NCBI GenBank assembly: GCA_964464765.1
Contig: CAYXJU010000001.1
Coordinates: forward strand, 1-54,304
Direction: 5' to 3'
From: an uncultured Candidatus Bathyarchaeia archaeon
GTDB taxonomy: Archaea; Thermoproteota; Bathyarchaeia; 40CM-2-53-6; CAVXDP01
Length of the DNA stretch: 54,304 nt
The number at the start of each line of letters is the position of its first letter. Positions within the stretch are counted from its first letter, which is position 1. A program made the translations under genes and the position numbers. The notes beneath the pieces were generated by a model. That model was not told the DNA's origin and did not search any database. It saw only the letters and a list, made by a program, of their open reading frames with translations. This document shows, one piece after another, positions 18,797 to 28,019 of the stretch.

Positions 18797-19575
18797 GTGA
18801 CTCGGCGTCCTTGTCCTCCAACCTCACTTATTGTTGCGAGAGCTTCATCGACGGCCTGTTTCATAATGTTCTCAGCCTCGTTATAGTCCCTTGCAGTTAC
18901 CTCTATCCGGTACTTGGGGGACCCAACGGCGTAGACTTTAACAGTCGTACCTCGAGGTTTCTTCGCCTTCTTAGCGTTTTGAAGGCTTCTCTTGATAAGC
19001 TCGATTCCATCAGGTCTTGAGCAGGTAAGCTCTACAACGGCTTTCAAACTGGCCTTCTCGGTTTTGATCTTGGTCCGTGCTATTTCAGTTAGAACCTTGG
19101 CCCAGCTTGGATCGATGCCAAGTTTAGCAAACGTCTCTTCGCCTTCTTCAACGGCTTCCTGCAGTGCGTCGTAGTAGGTACCATATTTTTCCAAAAAGGT
19201 TTTGTACAGTTTCTCGGTTGACGCGGGATCCAAAGCCAGTTTTTCAACTGCGCTCTTTAGGATCGATTCGGCTTTCTTATGTTTCTTCCATTCGAGCAGT
19301 GTTTCTGCTTTCTCTCTTCCGGTGACTCTTCTAAGTGATAAGTCAACTTGACCCTTTTCGGTGTTTATTCTGAGGACTTTGAGAACTAGTTTCTGACCTT
19401 CTCTAACATGATTTCTAATGTTCCTGACCCACGTCGAGGAGATCTCTGATATGTGGATTAGTCCTTCCTTTCCTTTGTACTCATCCAGACTCACGTAGGC
19501 TCCATAGTCTGTGACTTTTGTCACAGAAGCAACTACTAGATCACCTACATCTGGGTATTCTGACTGAGAAGAGAT
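18793..19575 (-). CDS. eif2a: Translation initiation factor aIF2 alpha subunit
   Basis: S1 domain (VGDLVVASVTKVTDYGAYVSLDEYKGKEGLIHISEISSTWVRNIR) plus helical and alpha-beta domains. The track start (GTG 19524) would cut off the first S1 strand. I extended it to ATC 19575, which has GGAGG 8 nt upstream (see finding). Confidence 0.88.
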   Translation of the reverse strand: MSSQSEYPDVGDLVVASVTKVTDYGAYVSLDEYKGKEGLIHISEISSTWVRNIRNHVREGQKLVLKVLRINTEKGQVDLSLRRVTGREKAETLLEWKKHKKAESILKSAVEKLALDPASTEKLYKTFLEKYGTYYDALQEAVEEGEETFAKLGIDPSWAKVLTEIARTKIKTEKASLKAVVELTCSRPDGIELIKRSLQNAKKAKKPRGTTVKVYAVGSPKYRIEVTARDYNEAENIMKQAVDEALATISEVGGQGRRVT

Positions 19576-19587
19576 TTGTGGAGCCTC

Positions 19588-19782
19588 CTACCCTAGTATC
19601 TGAAGAGTCTCTCCCATGATTTCGGCCTTTCCACCGCGAGGAAACGCGAGAACTTCGTCACAGACGTTACATTTGACCTCAAGAGAGACGCGATCAAAGA
19701 TTATCTGTTCATTCCCACATTTCTTGCATTTTACCTTCATGTATATGCTGTCAGGTTTTGGAATCATCTGGTCATGTTTCAT
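19588..19782 (-). CDS. rps27e: 30S ribosomal protein S27e
   Basis: C4 zinc ribbon VKCKKCGNEQIIFDRVSLEVKCNVCDEVL. 64 aa. Confidence 0.92.
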   Translation of the reverse strand: MKHDQMIPKPDSIYMKVKCKKCGNEQIIFDRVSLEVKCNVCDEVLAFPRGGKAEIMGETLQILG

Positions 19783-19788
19783 GCGATT

Positions 19789-20067
19789 CTACGCTCCTAC
19801 CTCAAGCTTCCTAAGTCTAATACCGAGTCTCGTGACCTCATATCCGCAAGACTTGCATTTCATTCGGAGAACCTGTTTCTTCGTGGTTTTCGCTGTCCTC
19901 TTCAGTTCCGGCCATTTCTGTCCACCATACCCATGCTTTTCATGTTCATGTCTACGAACACCGGCCGCCAGCGAACGTTCCTTGCCCTTCTTGTAGATGG
20001 ATATGGAATGTGGAGAGTGCTTCTTGCATTTCGGACAGTAAGTACTTGTTTCTTTTGGAACCTTCAT
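19789..20067 (-). CDS. rpl44e: 50S ribosomal protein L44e
   Basis: MKVPKETSTYCPKCKKH...GYGGQ...KCKSCG pattern. 92 aa. Confidence 0.92.
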   Translation of the reverse strand: MKVPKETSTYCPKCKKHSPHSISIYKKGKERSLAAGVRRHEHEKHGYGGQKWPELKRTAKTTKKQVLRMKCKSCGYEVTRLGIRLRKLEVGA

Positions 20068-20111
20068 TCTTTGTCAGACTCGGATGGAGTATAGACACGG
20101 CTTGACAGCTC

Positions 20112-20119
20112 TATTTATA
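20112..20119 (-). promoter_or_regulatory. TATA-box-like element upstream of the rpl44e-rps27e-eif2a-nop10 cluster
   Basis: Minus-strand TATAAATA lies about 45-50 nt upstream of ATG 20067. Confidence 0.4.
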
Positions 20120-20249
20120 CATTGTTTCACTTAGCCATTTTGTACATTGTTCTCTCTTATCAGTAGGTTCTCGATCAGTTTTCCTTCCGCGATGAATTGA
20201 CTGTAGATAGGAGACGTGAATCTGAAGTCGTCTTGGTTGCCATCCCGAA

Positions 20250-20813
20250 TTATTCGCAACCGATCTTGATTGCCGCTTTTCCTTTCATGAGTATCTCCAC
20301 GTTCTCCAAAGGGAGTGTTGCTATGTCTTCTGGTTTGAACGGTCCATATGGTTTCAAGTCTGCACCGATTATCGCGGGGATATCGACCAAAAACCTAACC
20401 ACTGCGGTCTTCGATTTTGCAGGTATAGCTCTTGGACTCTCTTGACCTACTTCCTCTGCCAATATCCTCTGAATCATCAATTGGTATTGTCTTGAAGCTT
20501 CAAATGTGGCTTCTAAGACAGCATTCTCCTCTCCGACGGCTGCTTTTGACACTGTCTCTTGGCCAGATCTCATTTCAGTGATGCGAAGTATTTTCTGCAA
20601 TCTTATCTCTAGAAGTCCCTTCGACAACTCTTGAGCTCTTTTCAACTCTTCTTCTGCCAGTTTCTTTCTCACAGTCTTCTCGTCGGTTTTTTTTGCATAT
20701 TCCTTTAGCTTGCGAATGTAGTCGGCCAGTTGCTCATAGAAGCCCTTATCGATTGACTGAAGGTTCTGTTCGGTCCTCTCCCGTCTCCAGTACTCATAGA
20801 TTTTTTCGTACAT
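20250..20813 (-). CDS. GINS subunit (Gins51/Gins15-type)
   Basis: 187 aa helical protein with an N-terminal L..ID.GFYEQLADYIRKLKE pattern typical of Gins51. It directly abuts priS, which is the classic gins51-priS linkage. Confidence 0.65.
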   Translation of the reverse strand: MYEKIYEYWRRERTEQNLQSIDKGFYEQLADYIRKLKEYAKKTDEKTVRKKLAEEELKRAQELSKGLLEIRLQKILRITEMRSGQETVSKAAVGEENAVLEATFEASRQYQLMIQRILAEEVGQESPRAIPAKSKTAVVRFLVDIPAIIGADLKPYGPFKPEDIATLPLENVEILMKGKAAIKIGCE

Positions 20814-22052
20814 TCATATCACTGGTCGCGCTTTTCCTTTGCCAATAAGTAGCACTGCGGCTGCCGTCGGTAGTGTCACTCGCTGATTAATATATGGTCC
20901 AAATGTTGATCCACCAAGTCTGAATTCAGGAGCTTCGTCTACATCAACCGCCTCTTGGCCTTTCTGAAAGCCGATGGCTTCATCGAAAGGATCGAACGAT
21001 TCAAGTTTGTCAACATCAATCTCCACAGTGCGTAGTCCTGTTTTTCCGTTCAGAGTTTCTTCGGTTCGAATAAGTCTATGTACATCGGTCGTCACGACAG
21101 TGTCGATATTTGCAGAACATTCTTCAATGATTCTTCTCAGAATCTTTTCCCAACCCCTGTTACCTATAGTGTGAGGCCCAAGCATCTCAATCATACTTCG
21201 TACATCTTGATATTCCATTGTAGCTCTTAGCTCTTCGATTATCGTCTTGACCAACGTGCCCTTAAATCCCAAACCAATCAGTTCATTCTGATCTGCATCC
21301 ACAAGAGTGTGGGCTAGTTTCTGATTTATTCTTCTCTTCCATCCTTTGGTCGCATTCAACTTCTCAGGCAAGGTAAGTCTTGCGGATCCTTTCTGAAGAA
21401 TATCCATTTCATCGAGATCAAGCCCATTGCCAAGTACATAGTCGACTATCTCTTTTCTTTCGTCACTGTCCAGATTGAGAATACTGTCTGACAATGCGTG
21501 AATATGGTAGCCTCTATGGCCTGTGAAGAAAGCCTTCAATTCCATTTTCGAGAATCCATAGTCTTCTATTAGAAAATCAGTTAGCTTCATTGCCTCATTT
21601 CTAGCTTTTCCGAGACATAACTCACAGACCCATGTTCGTTCGTTGAATCTCTCGCCATGGCATGACTTACAGACTTGGGGGGCGGCGCCCTTACCGGATC
21701 TTCCACACGTTTTGCATGTCCACCGGTCATGCTCCTCTTTGCATGATGTGGGTATGTGGTCGGCGTCAATGTCAAAGACGAGATCGGCGCCGAGCCAACC
21801 TTTCTGCTCCATCTCCTCTTCTGGGTTCGAGTAGTAGGCCGTTGAGTAGTACACGTCGGATGGCGCTGTATCCTCAACAAGTCTTCGAAGTTCATTGACT
21901 GATGTGAACTGTCTGTGGCGGACCATCATCCTGTCTCTAAAGTGAACGAATCCGAACTCCCTTTTTTCCATCTTCTTGGGAGGTACGATCCGATGCGAGT
22001 AATTCCTGTAGTATTCTCTGAACTTTCGTTCCAGATACTCCTCAGTCTTCAT
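20814..22052 (-). CDS. priS: DNA primase small (catalytic) subunit PriS
   Basis: Catalytic motif GADLVFDIDADH, Zn-knuckle CKTCG...CKSCHG...CELC, and FTGHRGYHIH. Confidence 0.92.
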   Translation of the reverse strand: MKTEEYLERKFREYYRNYSHRIVPPKKMEKREFGFVHFRDRMMVRHRQFTSVNELRRLVEDTAPSDVYYSTAYYSNPEEEMEQKGWLGADLVFDIDADHIPTSCKEEHDRWTCKTCGRSGKGAAPQVCKSCHGERFNERTWVCELCLGKARNEAMKLTDFLIEDYGFSKMELKAFFTGHRGYHIHALSDSILNLDSDERKEIVDYVLGNGLDLDEMDILQKGSARLTLPEKLNATKGWKRRINQKLAHTLVDADQNELIGLGFKGTLVKTIIEELRATMEYQDVRSMIEMLGPHTIGNRGWEKILRRIIEECSANIDTVVTTDVHRLIRTEETLNGKTGLRTVEIDVDKLESFDPFDEAIGFQKGQEAVDVDEAPEFRLGGSTFGPYINQRVTLPTAAAVLLIGKGKARPVI

Positions 22053-23082
22053 CCGCCCGAATCCGCCTGCCGAAGACCCGTTTCCTATAATAGCCTAGAG
22101 GATGTCGCACTGACTTACATAGGTCGTTAGGGTTTATGCATAATCCATGGGTTTTTAGGGTCTCACATTTTGGCGGGAGATACCTCGTCTTAACCCCTCT
22201 TGAACCACTTATATGCTCTACTTGGTACCTAGTCAATCTCTCGCTAAAATCGGACGCCTCTTTGAACATTTTCACGAGATCTTCACGATTGATTCCAACG
22301 TTGAGTAGGAAAGATGTCAAAGTAAAACGCCCCATATGAGAGAGATGCTTTTTTGAGACTAGAGCTTGGTTAAGAGCCATTATGCATGGAGGCATAGCAC
22401 CAGGAACCACGGCTTTCGGCATTTCTAGATATGAGACAGCTTTGCCCGTCCCCACTTCTTCTACGAGTTTCCCGATACGTTTGGTGAGAGGTTCAGGGAT
22501 TGATTTTGATGGAGGTCTTATCCTTGAAAATACTCTTCGCTGGACCTCTTCCTCCAGTAGTCTTGCCACCTCATCTTGAGTTATCGTGACTAGGCCGTGT
22601 TCAAGTGTACGATTAATCAGTTTCCACTTTGGATCTCGAATGTTCTTTGCGTTCCTGAGATAGTTCACGAAATGAATACTATAATCGAAAGTCGTAACAT
22701 TGTCTATGTTCTGTTGGGGCATGATGCTCCAACCGAAAGTGTTCCTGGATAGTTCAATAATCTTTTCCGAAGTCTCATCCCTGAGGAGTTCACATGCTCT
22801 CTTCGATTCTGAGAGAGCGTATCTTCTCGCGACTCTTTCATTCGCAATCTGGCTTACAAGCATCATAGCGGTAGGGAATGAGAGGATCTCTACGTCAGTG
22901 TCTAGCCATTTCGAGGAGACCACGGCATCTTTCTCAGATTCTCTTATCCTCTGCTCTGCTCTGTCGAGGATTCGATCATAGCTTCCAGAAGCAAGTTCTT
23001 CGATGCCTATCTTCAGGCTTCTGATATGTTCAGATGCTTCAACTGTAAAAGGGTATTTTGCAAGATCTGTTGTGGTAAGCAT
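22042..23082 (-). CDS. priL: DNA primase large subunit PriL
   Basis: 346 aa. C-terminal Fe-S domain cysteines are present (PPCIMAL ... PPKCETLKTHGLCINPNDLC). Overlaps priS by 11 nt. Confidence 0.88.
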   Translation of the reverse strand: MLTTTDLAKYPFTVEASEHIRSLKIGIEELASGSYDRILDRAEQRIRESEKDAVVSSKWLDTDVEILSFPTAMMLVSQIANERVARRYALSESKRACELLRDETSEKIIELSRNTFGWSIMPQQNIDNVTTFDYSIHFVNYLRNAKNIRDPKWKLINRTLEHGLVTITQDEVARLLEEEVQRRVFSRIRPPSKSIPEPLTKRIGKLVEEVGTGKAVSYLEMPKAVVPGAMPPCIMALNQALVSKKHLSHMGRFTLTSFLLNVGINREDLVKMFKEASDFSERLTRYQVEHISGSRGVKTRYLPPKCETLKTHGLCINPNDLCKSVRHPLGYYRKRVFGRRIRADED

Positions 23083-23093
23083 TCTCTTTGCTC

Positions 23094-23849
23094 TTATTCC
23101 GCTTCGATACGAGGTGCAAGATAGTACAGGAGATGGCCCTGTTGAGGCATCTCGAATTCAACCTTTATTGGCATATTAGTTGAGAACTCCATCGTTACGA
23201 TTTCCGATGCGCCGCTTCCCGCTCTTATTATGTTTGCAAGATAGTTGAGATTGTAAGTCGCTTTGGATGGTTCTTTGACATCCATCTCAAGCATCGCTTC
23301 ACTCCCCTTCTCTATCTCCATGTTCGCGCTGCTCATTTCTGTACTTGTGCTGACAAGAAGTTTTTCTGGAGTGGTCTCAAGCTTCACATTGTCACTTATC
23401 GATTGAGCATCTTCGATAATATCTCGCAGACTCTCAGTAGTCATCTTGACTTTCGAATTGAAAACTACTTTCGGTGTTGGTACTTCCTCTTCAACAGATT
23501 CTAAAGTTGGTATGGTGAATCTCTTAGTAATCTTTCCTTTCAGTAATAACATAACTTTCTTGGTTGTATCGTCGTATGACATTTCTAGCGTCTCATCGCT
23601 TCTGGATCTTTTGAGGAGTTTCAACATGTTTCCTATGTTCACTCTTATTTTGTTCGGCTCGGAACAATTGAACTTCTCAAACGCTGATTTGGGCCATTCA
23701 AAATCAACCATTGCGACATGTGAGGGGTCCATCGACCGTAGTTTGATGCCTTCAGAGGAAGTGTTGAAGTCAGCTTCCTCCACCAGCGTTGAAATAACTG
23801 TCAGGATGTTTCTCCAAAGCTTTGCATCGGGAAGTGAAGCCTGAAACAA
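23094..23849 (-). CDS. pcn: DNA polymerase sliding clamp PCNA
   Basis: MFQASLPDAKLWRNILTVISTLVEEADFNTSSEGIKLRSMDPSHVAMVDF is a typical PCNA N-terminus when started at TTG 23849. The track ORF (to 23921) adds 24 non-conserved residues. Confidence 0.9.
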   Translation of the reverse strand: MFQASLPDAKLWRNILTVISTLVEEADFNTSSEGIKLRSMDPSHVAMVDFEWPKSAFEKFNCSEPNKIRVNIGNMLKLLKRSRSDETLEMSYDDTTKKVMLLLKGKITKRFTIPTLESVEEEVPTPKVVFNSKVKMTTESLRDIIEDAQSISDNVKLETTPEKLLVSTSTEMSSANMEIEKGSEAMLEMDVKEPSKATYNLNYLANIIRAGSGASEIVTMEFSTNMPIKVEFEMPQQGHLLYYLAPRIEAE

Positions 23850-23941
23850 ACTAGTGCACCTAGATCCCAAGAGTTGAGTTGGATATCTACTGGAGTTATT
23901 ATAAGGTTGGCGCTTAGCCAATCCTTAGTTTTCGATTCAGG

Positions 23942-24265
23942 CTAAGATGTCTCTCTCCATGTGGTTCCGCAACGAGTGCATCTAAAGAATTGTGTTGATG
24001 ATTCATCTGCGCCGCGAGTCTGTACAAGCCAATAGAAGGCTTCGAAGTGCCCGCACTTTGGACATTCGACTTTTGTTTTTGGCAAAGTCCTGATTTTCTG
24101 CTCCTCTTTCCCGATAACGACAATTTTCTCTTTTTCTGAGGCTATCTTTGAGACGGCTTTCTCAGGCTTGCCGGGTACGAACCCGCATTTGGGACAGTTC
24201 AAGACAATCTTCTGTTCCTTCCTAACGAGGATGAGAGCGGTCCCACATTTAGAGCAAAACTGCAT
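23942..24265 (-). CDS. tfs: Transcription factor S (TFS, RNAP subunit M-like)
   Basis: N-terminal Zn ribbon FCSKCG...CPKCG and C-terminal TFIIS-type ribbon CPKCGHFEAFYWLVQTRGADESSTQFFRCTRCG. Confidence 0.92.
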   Translation of the reverse strand: MQFCSKCGTALILVRKEQKIVLNCPKCGFVPGKPEKAVSKIASEKEKIVVIGKEEQKIRTLPKTKVECPKCGHFEAFYWLVQTRGADESSTQFFRCTRCGTTWRETS

Positions 24266-24315
24266 GAGTTTCAGCTACCTAGAAATTAACCCCGTTGATT
24301 CTTGTTGAGCGCAAT

Positions 24316-24906
24316 TTAATCTTTTTGGAAGTGGTTGATTGCCTGCGAAAGGATCCTGGCTACCCTTATCGGCTCTGGGATATCTGCCATGCAAAGTGAC
24401 TTCAGCATATCCTTTGTTTGAACGGGTTCTATTCCCAGGTGATGGAGAAAGAGCGGTCTCTTGCCCTGTTCTAATGTGAGCGAAGATGTGCAAGCATCGG
24501 CCTTCAATAGGTTTTTTCTTGACCTGCAGCTACCTACGCTTTTGATTGCATTACTTAACAATCGCTCTTTTTCTCTTGTTCTTGAGACGACGACAATCGG
24601 GATTCCCGTTTTCTTATGAAGACCTCTGATATCGACAACATTTAGGCCTCCAAGAGCTAAACCATCAATCATGATCAACCTCGTCTGTTGAAAGTGTCGG
24701 GAAGATTTGATCATTCTCGCAAGGTTAGAGGTAGCATTGTGCCCATCTCTCTCAATCGTTGCCCTCATAACGCCTTCAAGCCAATGGGCCCCTCGAAAAA
24801 CGACTCCTACAATCTCTACGTTTCGTTTCTTCGATTTTCTTGGAGATGCGCCATCGGAGACAGCTAAGATGCGAATTTCTTTTTTCATATTCTTCAATGT
24901 TTTCAA
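24316..24906 (-). CDS. DUF99/UPF0215 family protein (endonuclease V-like fold)
   Basis: IRILAVSDG....VGVVFRG...LEGV....I..DG.NAT....MI......Q.RLIMIDGLALGGLNVVDI pattern. Confidence 0.7.
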   Translation of the reverse strand: MKTLKNMKKEIRILAVSDGASPRKSKKRNVEIVGVVFRGAHWLEGVMRATIERDGHNATSNLARMIKSSRHFQQTRLIMIDGLALGGLNVVDIRGLHKKTGIPIVVVSRTREKERLLSNAIKSVGSCRSRKNLLKADACTSSLTLEQGKRPLFLHHLGIEPVQTKDMLKSLCMADIPEPIRVARILSQAINHFQKD

Positions 24907-25283
24907 CGGTCTTTCATTCTTTCAAGAATATCCTTCAAGAGTTCCGCAGCAGCATCTGATAGATTTCCGGGATTTCTACAAACGATTCGAGTCATTTCTT
25001 CTATACTAAGAGACTTCTTTAGCCAAGAATTGACTATCAGTGCTTCGACGACATTTGCAACGTGGCCTCGTTTCATTCTTCTTGGAAGAAAAGATTTAAT
25101 CGCCGACTTCTTCGCGGCTTCGAAAAGCACTTTGTCGCTGACTTTGATCCCTACGGGCTCTCCGCAAGATTGGGTCAAGGCCAGAGAGAATAAGAAATTT
25201 ACGAATGCATCGCCTAATCTCGCAAGTTGCGGGTTTCTAAGCACTTCTTGAACTTCGCGGCTATCCAAATTGTTCCGTGACAA
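24903..25283 (-). CDS. Small RNase III-domain-like protein (126 aa)
   Basis: LARLGDAFVNFLFS resembles the RNase III signature (E.LGDA.L). GHVANVVEALIVNSWL resembles the second conserved block (AD..EALIGA.YL). TTG start; overlaps the DUF99 gene by 4 nt. Confidence 0.45.
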   Translation of the reverse strand: MSRNNLDSREVQEVLRNPQLARLGDAFVNFLFSLALTQSCGEPVGIKVSDKVLFEAAKKSAIKSFLPRRMKRGHVANVVEALIVNSWLKKSLSIEEMTRIVCRNPGNLSDAAAELLKDILERMKDR

Positions 25284-25325
25284 TCAGGTCTCATCTTGAC
25301 CTACGAAGGATCAAAACCGGAACTA

Positions 25326-25646
25326 CTATTCTGCCAACCCTTTAGACTTTGCAAACTTTTCAGAGAACTCGATGGCTCTTTCTCTTATCTTTGTTAGTGC
25401 TTTCTCCAGCGCTTTCGAAGGCGACTTTTCTCCTTTCATTCTTATGTAGATTATTGGTGCGGGAACGAGTGGATGAGGTTGGTCGTAGCCAGCCATTTCC
25501 ACATCACTGTCTTCAAGCAGGGTATGCTGAAGGAGGTTGCAGAATGTGTGCCCCTCACCATATATTTCGATCTTCAACTCGTTCTTCACGTTCTTGAGCG
25601 TCTTGATCTCCAATAGGATCTCCCCTTCAGATTGTGTCTTTACCAT
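25326..25646 (-). CDS. rpoL: DNA-directed RNA polymerase subunit L (Rpo11)
   Basis: ELKIEIYGEGHTFCNLLQHTLLEDSDVEMAGYDQPHPL is the RpoL/Rpb11 signature. Confidence 0.88.
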   Translation of the reverse strand: MVKTQSEGEILLEIKTLKNVKNELKIEIYGEGHTFCNLLQHTLLEDSDVEMAGYDQPHPLVPAPIIYIRMKGEKSPSKALEKALTKIRERAIEFSEKFAKSKGLAE

Positions 25647-26202
25647 AATCGTCGGCTAGTTTTCTTCGTTCAATGTTCATGCATGTCTGGCATTGAAGAA
25701 TTGTGCCCTTGAGAATCAACGGATCTCCACATCTTGAACATGAGGCTCTTATGACCCCGAGGCCCCGTCCTATGGTTGTCAGTTGGGGGACTCGATTCTT
25801 CACGTTCACTACTCTAGCCCTAACGACGTCTGTCGCCTTGCAAACCTCCATCATTGCACGTTCGTATCTAGGGCTTGAGGTGGATATGTGAAGGAGGGCA
25901 GTGAATGGGGTAGATGCGGTTCTGTCTCCTATCTTGACTAGGCTCAACGTAGCCATCTTGCCCTGAGCGTTCACGACTTTACCAATAACTGTGTCGCCAT
26001 CCATCGGGACTAATGGTCGTTTGACGCTGGGGTTCACGGAGACCGTCTTGTTTAGTTTGTCTCTTACTGTGTACCCGGTTACCTCTGAGTAGATTGTTCC
26101 ATTCAGCTCATAGGTCCCAGATCCAGGCATGAATTCTTCGACTACGCCCAGTCTCTCTCCAGGAATGACGAACTGAGTCTCACTGTTGTCTTTCGGTTGC
26201 AT
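25627..26202 (-). CDS. csl4: Exosome complex RNA-binding subunit Csl4
   Basis: FVIPGERLGVVEEFMPGSGTY at the N-terminus, an S1 domain, and a C-terminal Zn ribbon CSRCG...CQTC. Confidence 0.88.
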   Translation of the reverse strand: MQPKDNSETQFVIPGERLGVVEEFMPGSGTYELNGTIYSEVTGYTVRDKLNKTVSVNPSVKRPLVPMDGDTVIGKVVNAQGKMATLSLVKIGDRTASTPFTALLHISTSSPRYERAMMEVCKATDVVRARVVNVKNRVPQLTTIGRGLGVIRASCSRCGDPLILKGTILQCQTCMNIERRKLADDYGKDTI

Positions 26203-26827
26203 GTGTCACAACCCTATAGAGATCCACCGGAACGACGTGTTCCTTTTTAGAGTGAAATCTGAATGTATGAGGAATCACTAACGTCATTTGGTAGAGGTCT
26301 GTAATAGTGGCTTTATGTCTTGAAACTAGGCTTTTAATAAATGCTCTGTTTCTTCCACCACTCTTATGCAATGAGTAGACTACTCCTCCAATTGCGAGCG
26401 CCTTTAGGACAAAAGCTCGATCCGCGCCTCTTCTTCTCACGCCGAACGGAGGGTTTTGAATGACGGTATCGAATCGACCGGCAACTCCTTCTAAGTCCGA
26501 GGCGATCCATTGAACTCTCTTCTGGAGATTCATCTTCTCTGAACTCTGTCTGGCGATACGGACAGCCATAGGATCCAAATCAACTCCAACAACTTCCTTT
26601 GCGTTCAATAGAGCCGCACCAATCGCCAGCCTCCCAGTTCCACATCCCAAGTCTATAACACGCTTGCCTCTAATGTCGTCGTGTAGCTTCCCAGCGATGT
26701 AAAGCATCTCCGCAGCTGTTTGAGACGTTATCGTGTACTGTTCAAGTTGAATCTTAGGATTCGAATGTGGTGGAACATATTCAAGCGCTATCTCAAGTTG
26801 TTTCTTACTCACGGATAGGCTTTCCAT
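26180..26827 (-). CDS. METTL5-like N6-adenine RNA methyltransferase (COG2263)
   Basis: LEQYTIT at the N-terminus, SAM motif VIDLGCGTGRLAIGA, and catalytic NPPFG. Confidence 0.8.
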   Translation of the reverse strand: MESLSVSKKQLEIALEYVPPHSNPKIQLEQYTITSQTAAEMLYIAGKLHDDIRGKRVIDLGCGTGRLAIGAALLNAKEVVGVDLDPMAVRIARQSSEKMNLQKRVQWIASDLEGVAGRFDTVIQNPPFGVRRRGADRAFVLKALAIGGVVYSLHKSGGRNRAFIKSLVSRHKATITDLYQMTLVIPHTFRFHSKKEHVVPVDLYRVVTHATERQQ

Positions 26828-27803
26828 AGTCTTCCCACCGCTTCTTTCCTGCTGCTATGAAGGCTTCTTCTGCATTCAATATTGGTCGCCTAAACCTCTC
26901 CTGATCGTCTATTGCCAGCCTCGGACAAGCTGTAATTACAAACGCTTCAAGATCGGTGAATGATTCTAAGCCTTCTGGGGTACACTCGCTTGCTGATAAG
27001 AAGACGCATTCCTTGCCCAAATTCTCCAGCAGGTTTCTGACGTTGTTGGACACGTCGATGTTTGTTTGACCCGTTTTCAACCCTATTACTATTCCAATCC
27101 TCTTGGAATCCTGAAACTTAGCTATGGCAGCCCATCTCTTTTTCAAGATGAGTCTGACGGTCTCTGTCATGTCTCTTGCTTGGTTAAGATATGGATCGGC
27201 TACAATCGTTCTTTTTCCAGTTGCCAGTTGTATACCTATCGCGTGAAAGTCTCCGCCGCCTATAAGAACATAGGCGTCAACTTCATTTGCTATTGATATG
27301 GAAGTTGAATAGTCGCAGCCAAGAACTTGCCCGTCATAGGTTGCGTGTCCACTTACTTTTCCTATGTGAGGTTCTTTTCCAGCGTCCCGCAAAATCCTTG
27401 CAGCATGACTCAACTGATCGGTATGCTGGACGACCGTTGCAAGTCCTATTCTCCTTTCCTTCGCAAGAAGTTTGAGAGCCTCCTTCAGGGGTTCATCAAT
27501 GCTCACGTTTGATTTTGCTTCTATGTAGAGCACGTTCCCCACATCCTTTCCATTCATTGGTGAGTGCCCGTAATGCACTATTGCATCGGCTTTCAGGATC
27601 GCTTGTGCATTGAATGCCAAGTCACAGGCACCATAACAAGCGTCTGCTGAAAGTATGATCTCAGCGCCAGACAATCTCTCAAGTTCTCTTGCAAGTTCGA
27701 ACCCTTTAGGTTTCAAGCCTTCCGGTAACTGCAGCAAGACCCTACGGTACTTTCCGTTACGGATGTACTCGATAACCCTGTTCTTCTCTAGCTTGAACAT
27801 CAT
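26805..27803 (-). CDS. dph2: 2-(3-amino-3-carboxypropyl)histidine synthase Dph2 (diphthamide biosynthesis)
   Basis: 332 aa. VLLQLPEGLK..., conserved Cys-containing blocks (ADACYGACD, VLGCD, ACPRLAIDD). Confidence 0.85.
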   Translation of the reverse strand: MMFKLEKNRVIEYIRNGKYRRVLLQLPEGLKPKGFELARELERLSGAEIILSADACYGACDLAFNAQAILKADAIVHYGHSPMNGKDVGNVLYIEAKSNVSIDEPLKEALKLLAKERRIGLATVVQHTDQLSHAARILRDAGKEPHIGKVSGHATYDGQVLGCDYSTSISIANEVDAYVLIGGGDFHAIGIQLATGKRTIVADPYLNQARDMTETVRLILKKRWAAIAKFQDSKRIGIVIGLKTGQTNIDVSNNVRNLLENLGKECVFLSASECTPEGLESFTDLEAFVITACPRLAIDDQERFRRPILNAEEAFIAAGKKRWEDYGKPIRE

Positions 27804-28019
27804 ATCACTGAACTGAAAGATGCGGACAGTCGTTTTGTATGGTTCGATCGACAGAATCGGTCAACAAGGGCTGAGTCATGACTGACAGATTACTGTTACT
27901 ATCGAGATCTAATCAAGTTCTCTCGGCATCACGTGTGCTGGACGTGAAAAATAGGGAGCGGGCATACGGTTGCTCCATTTGACCTAAGGATGATTGGAGT
28001 CGATTGAATGCGAATCGGA

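Noticed and set aside
19573-19782. TAG of rps27e is in frame with aIF2alpha, so stop-codon readthrough or pyrrolysine producing an S27e-aIF2alpha fusion was considered.
   Set aside because: No Pyl machinery is visible. TAG is used as an ordinary stop by several other genes here. A well-placed GGAGG overlapping the TAG argues for separate initiation.
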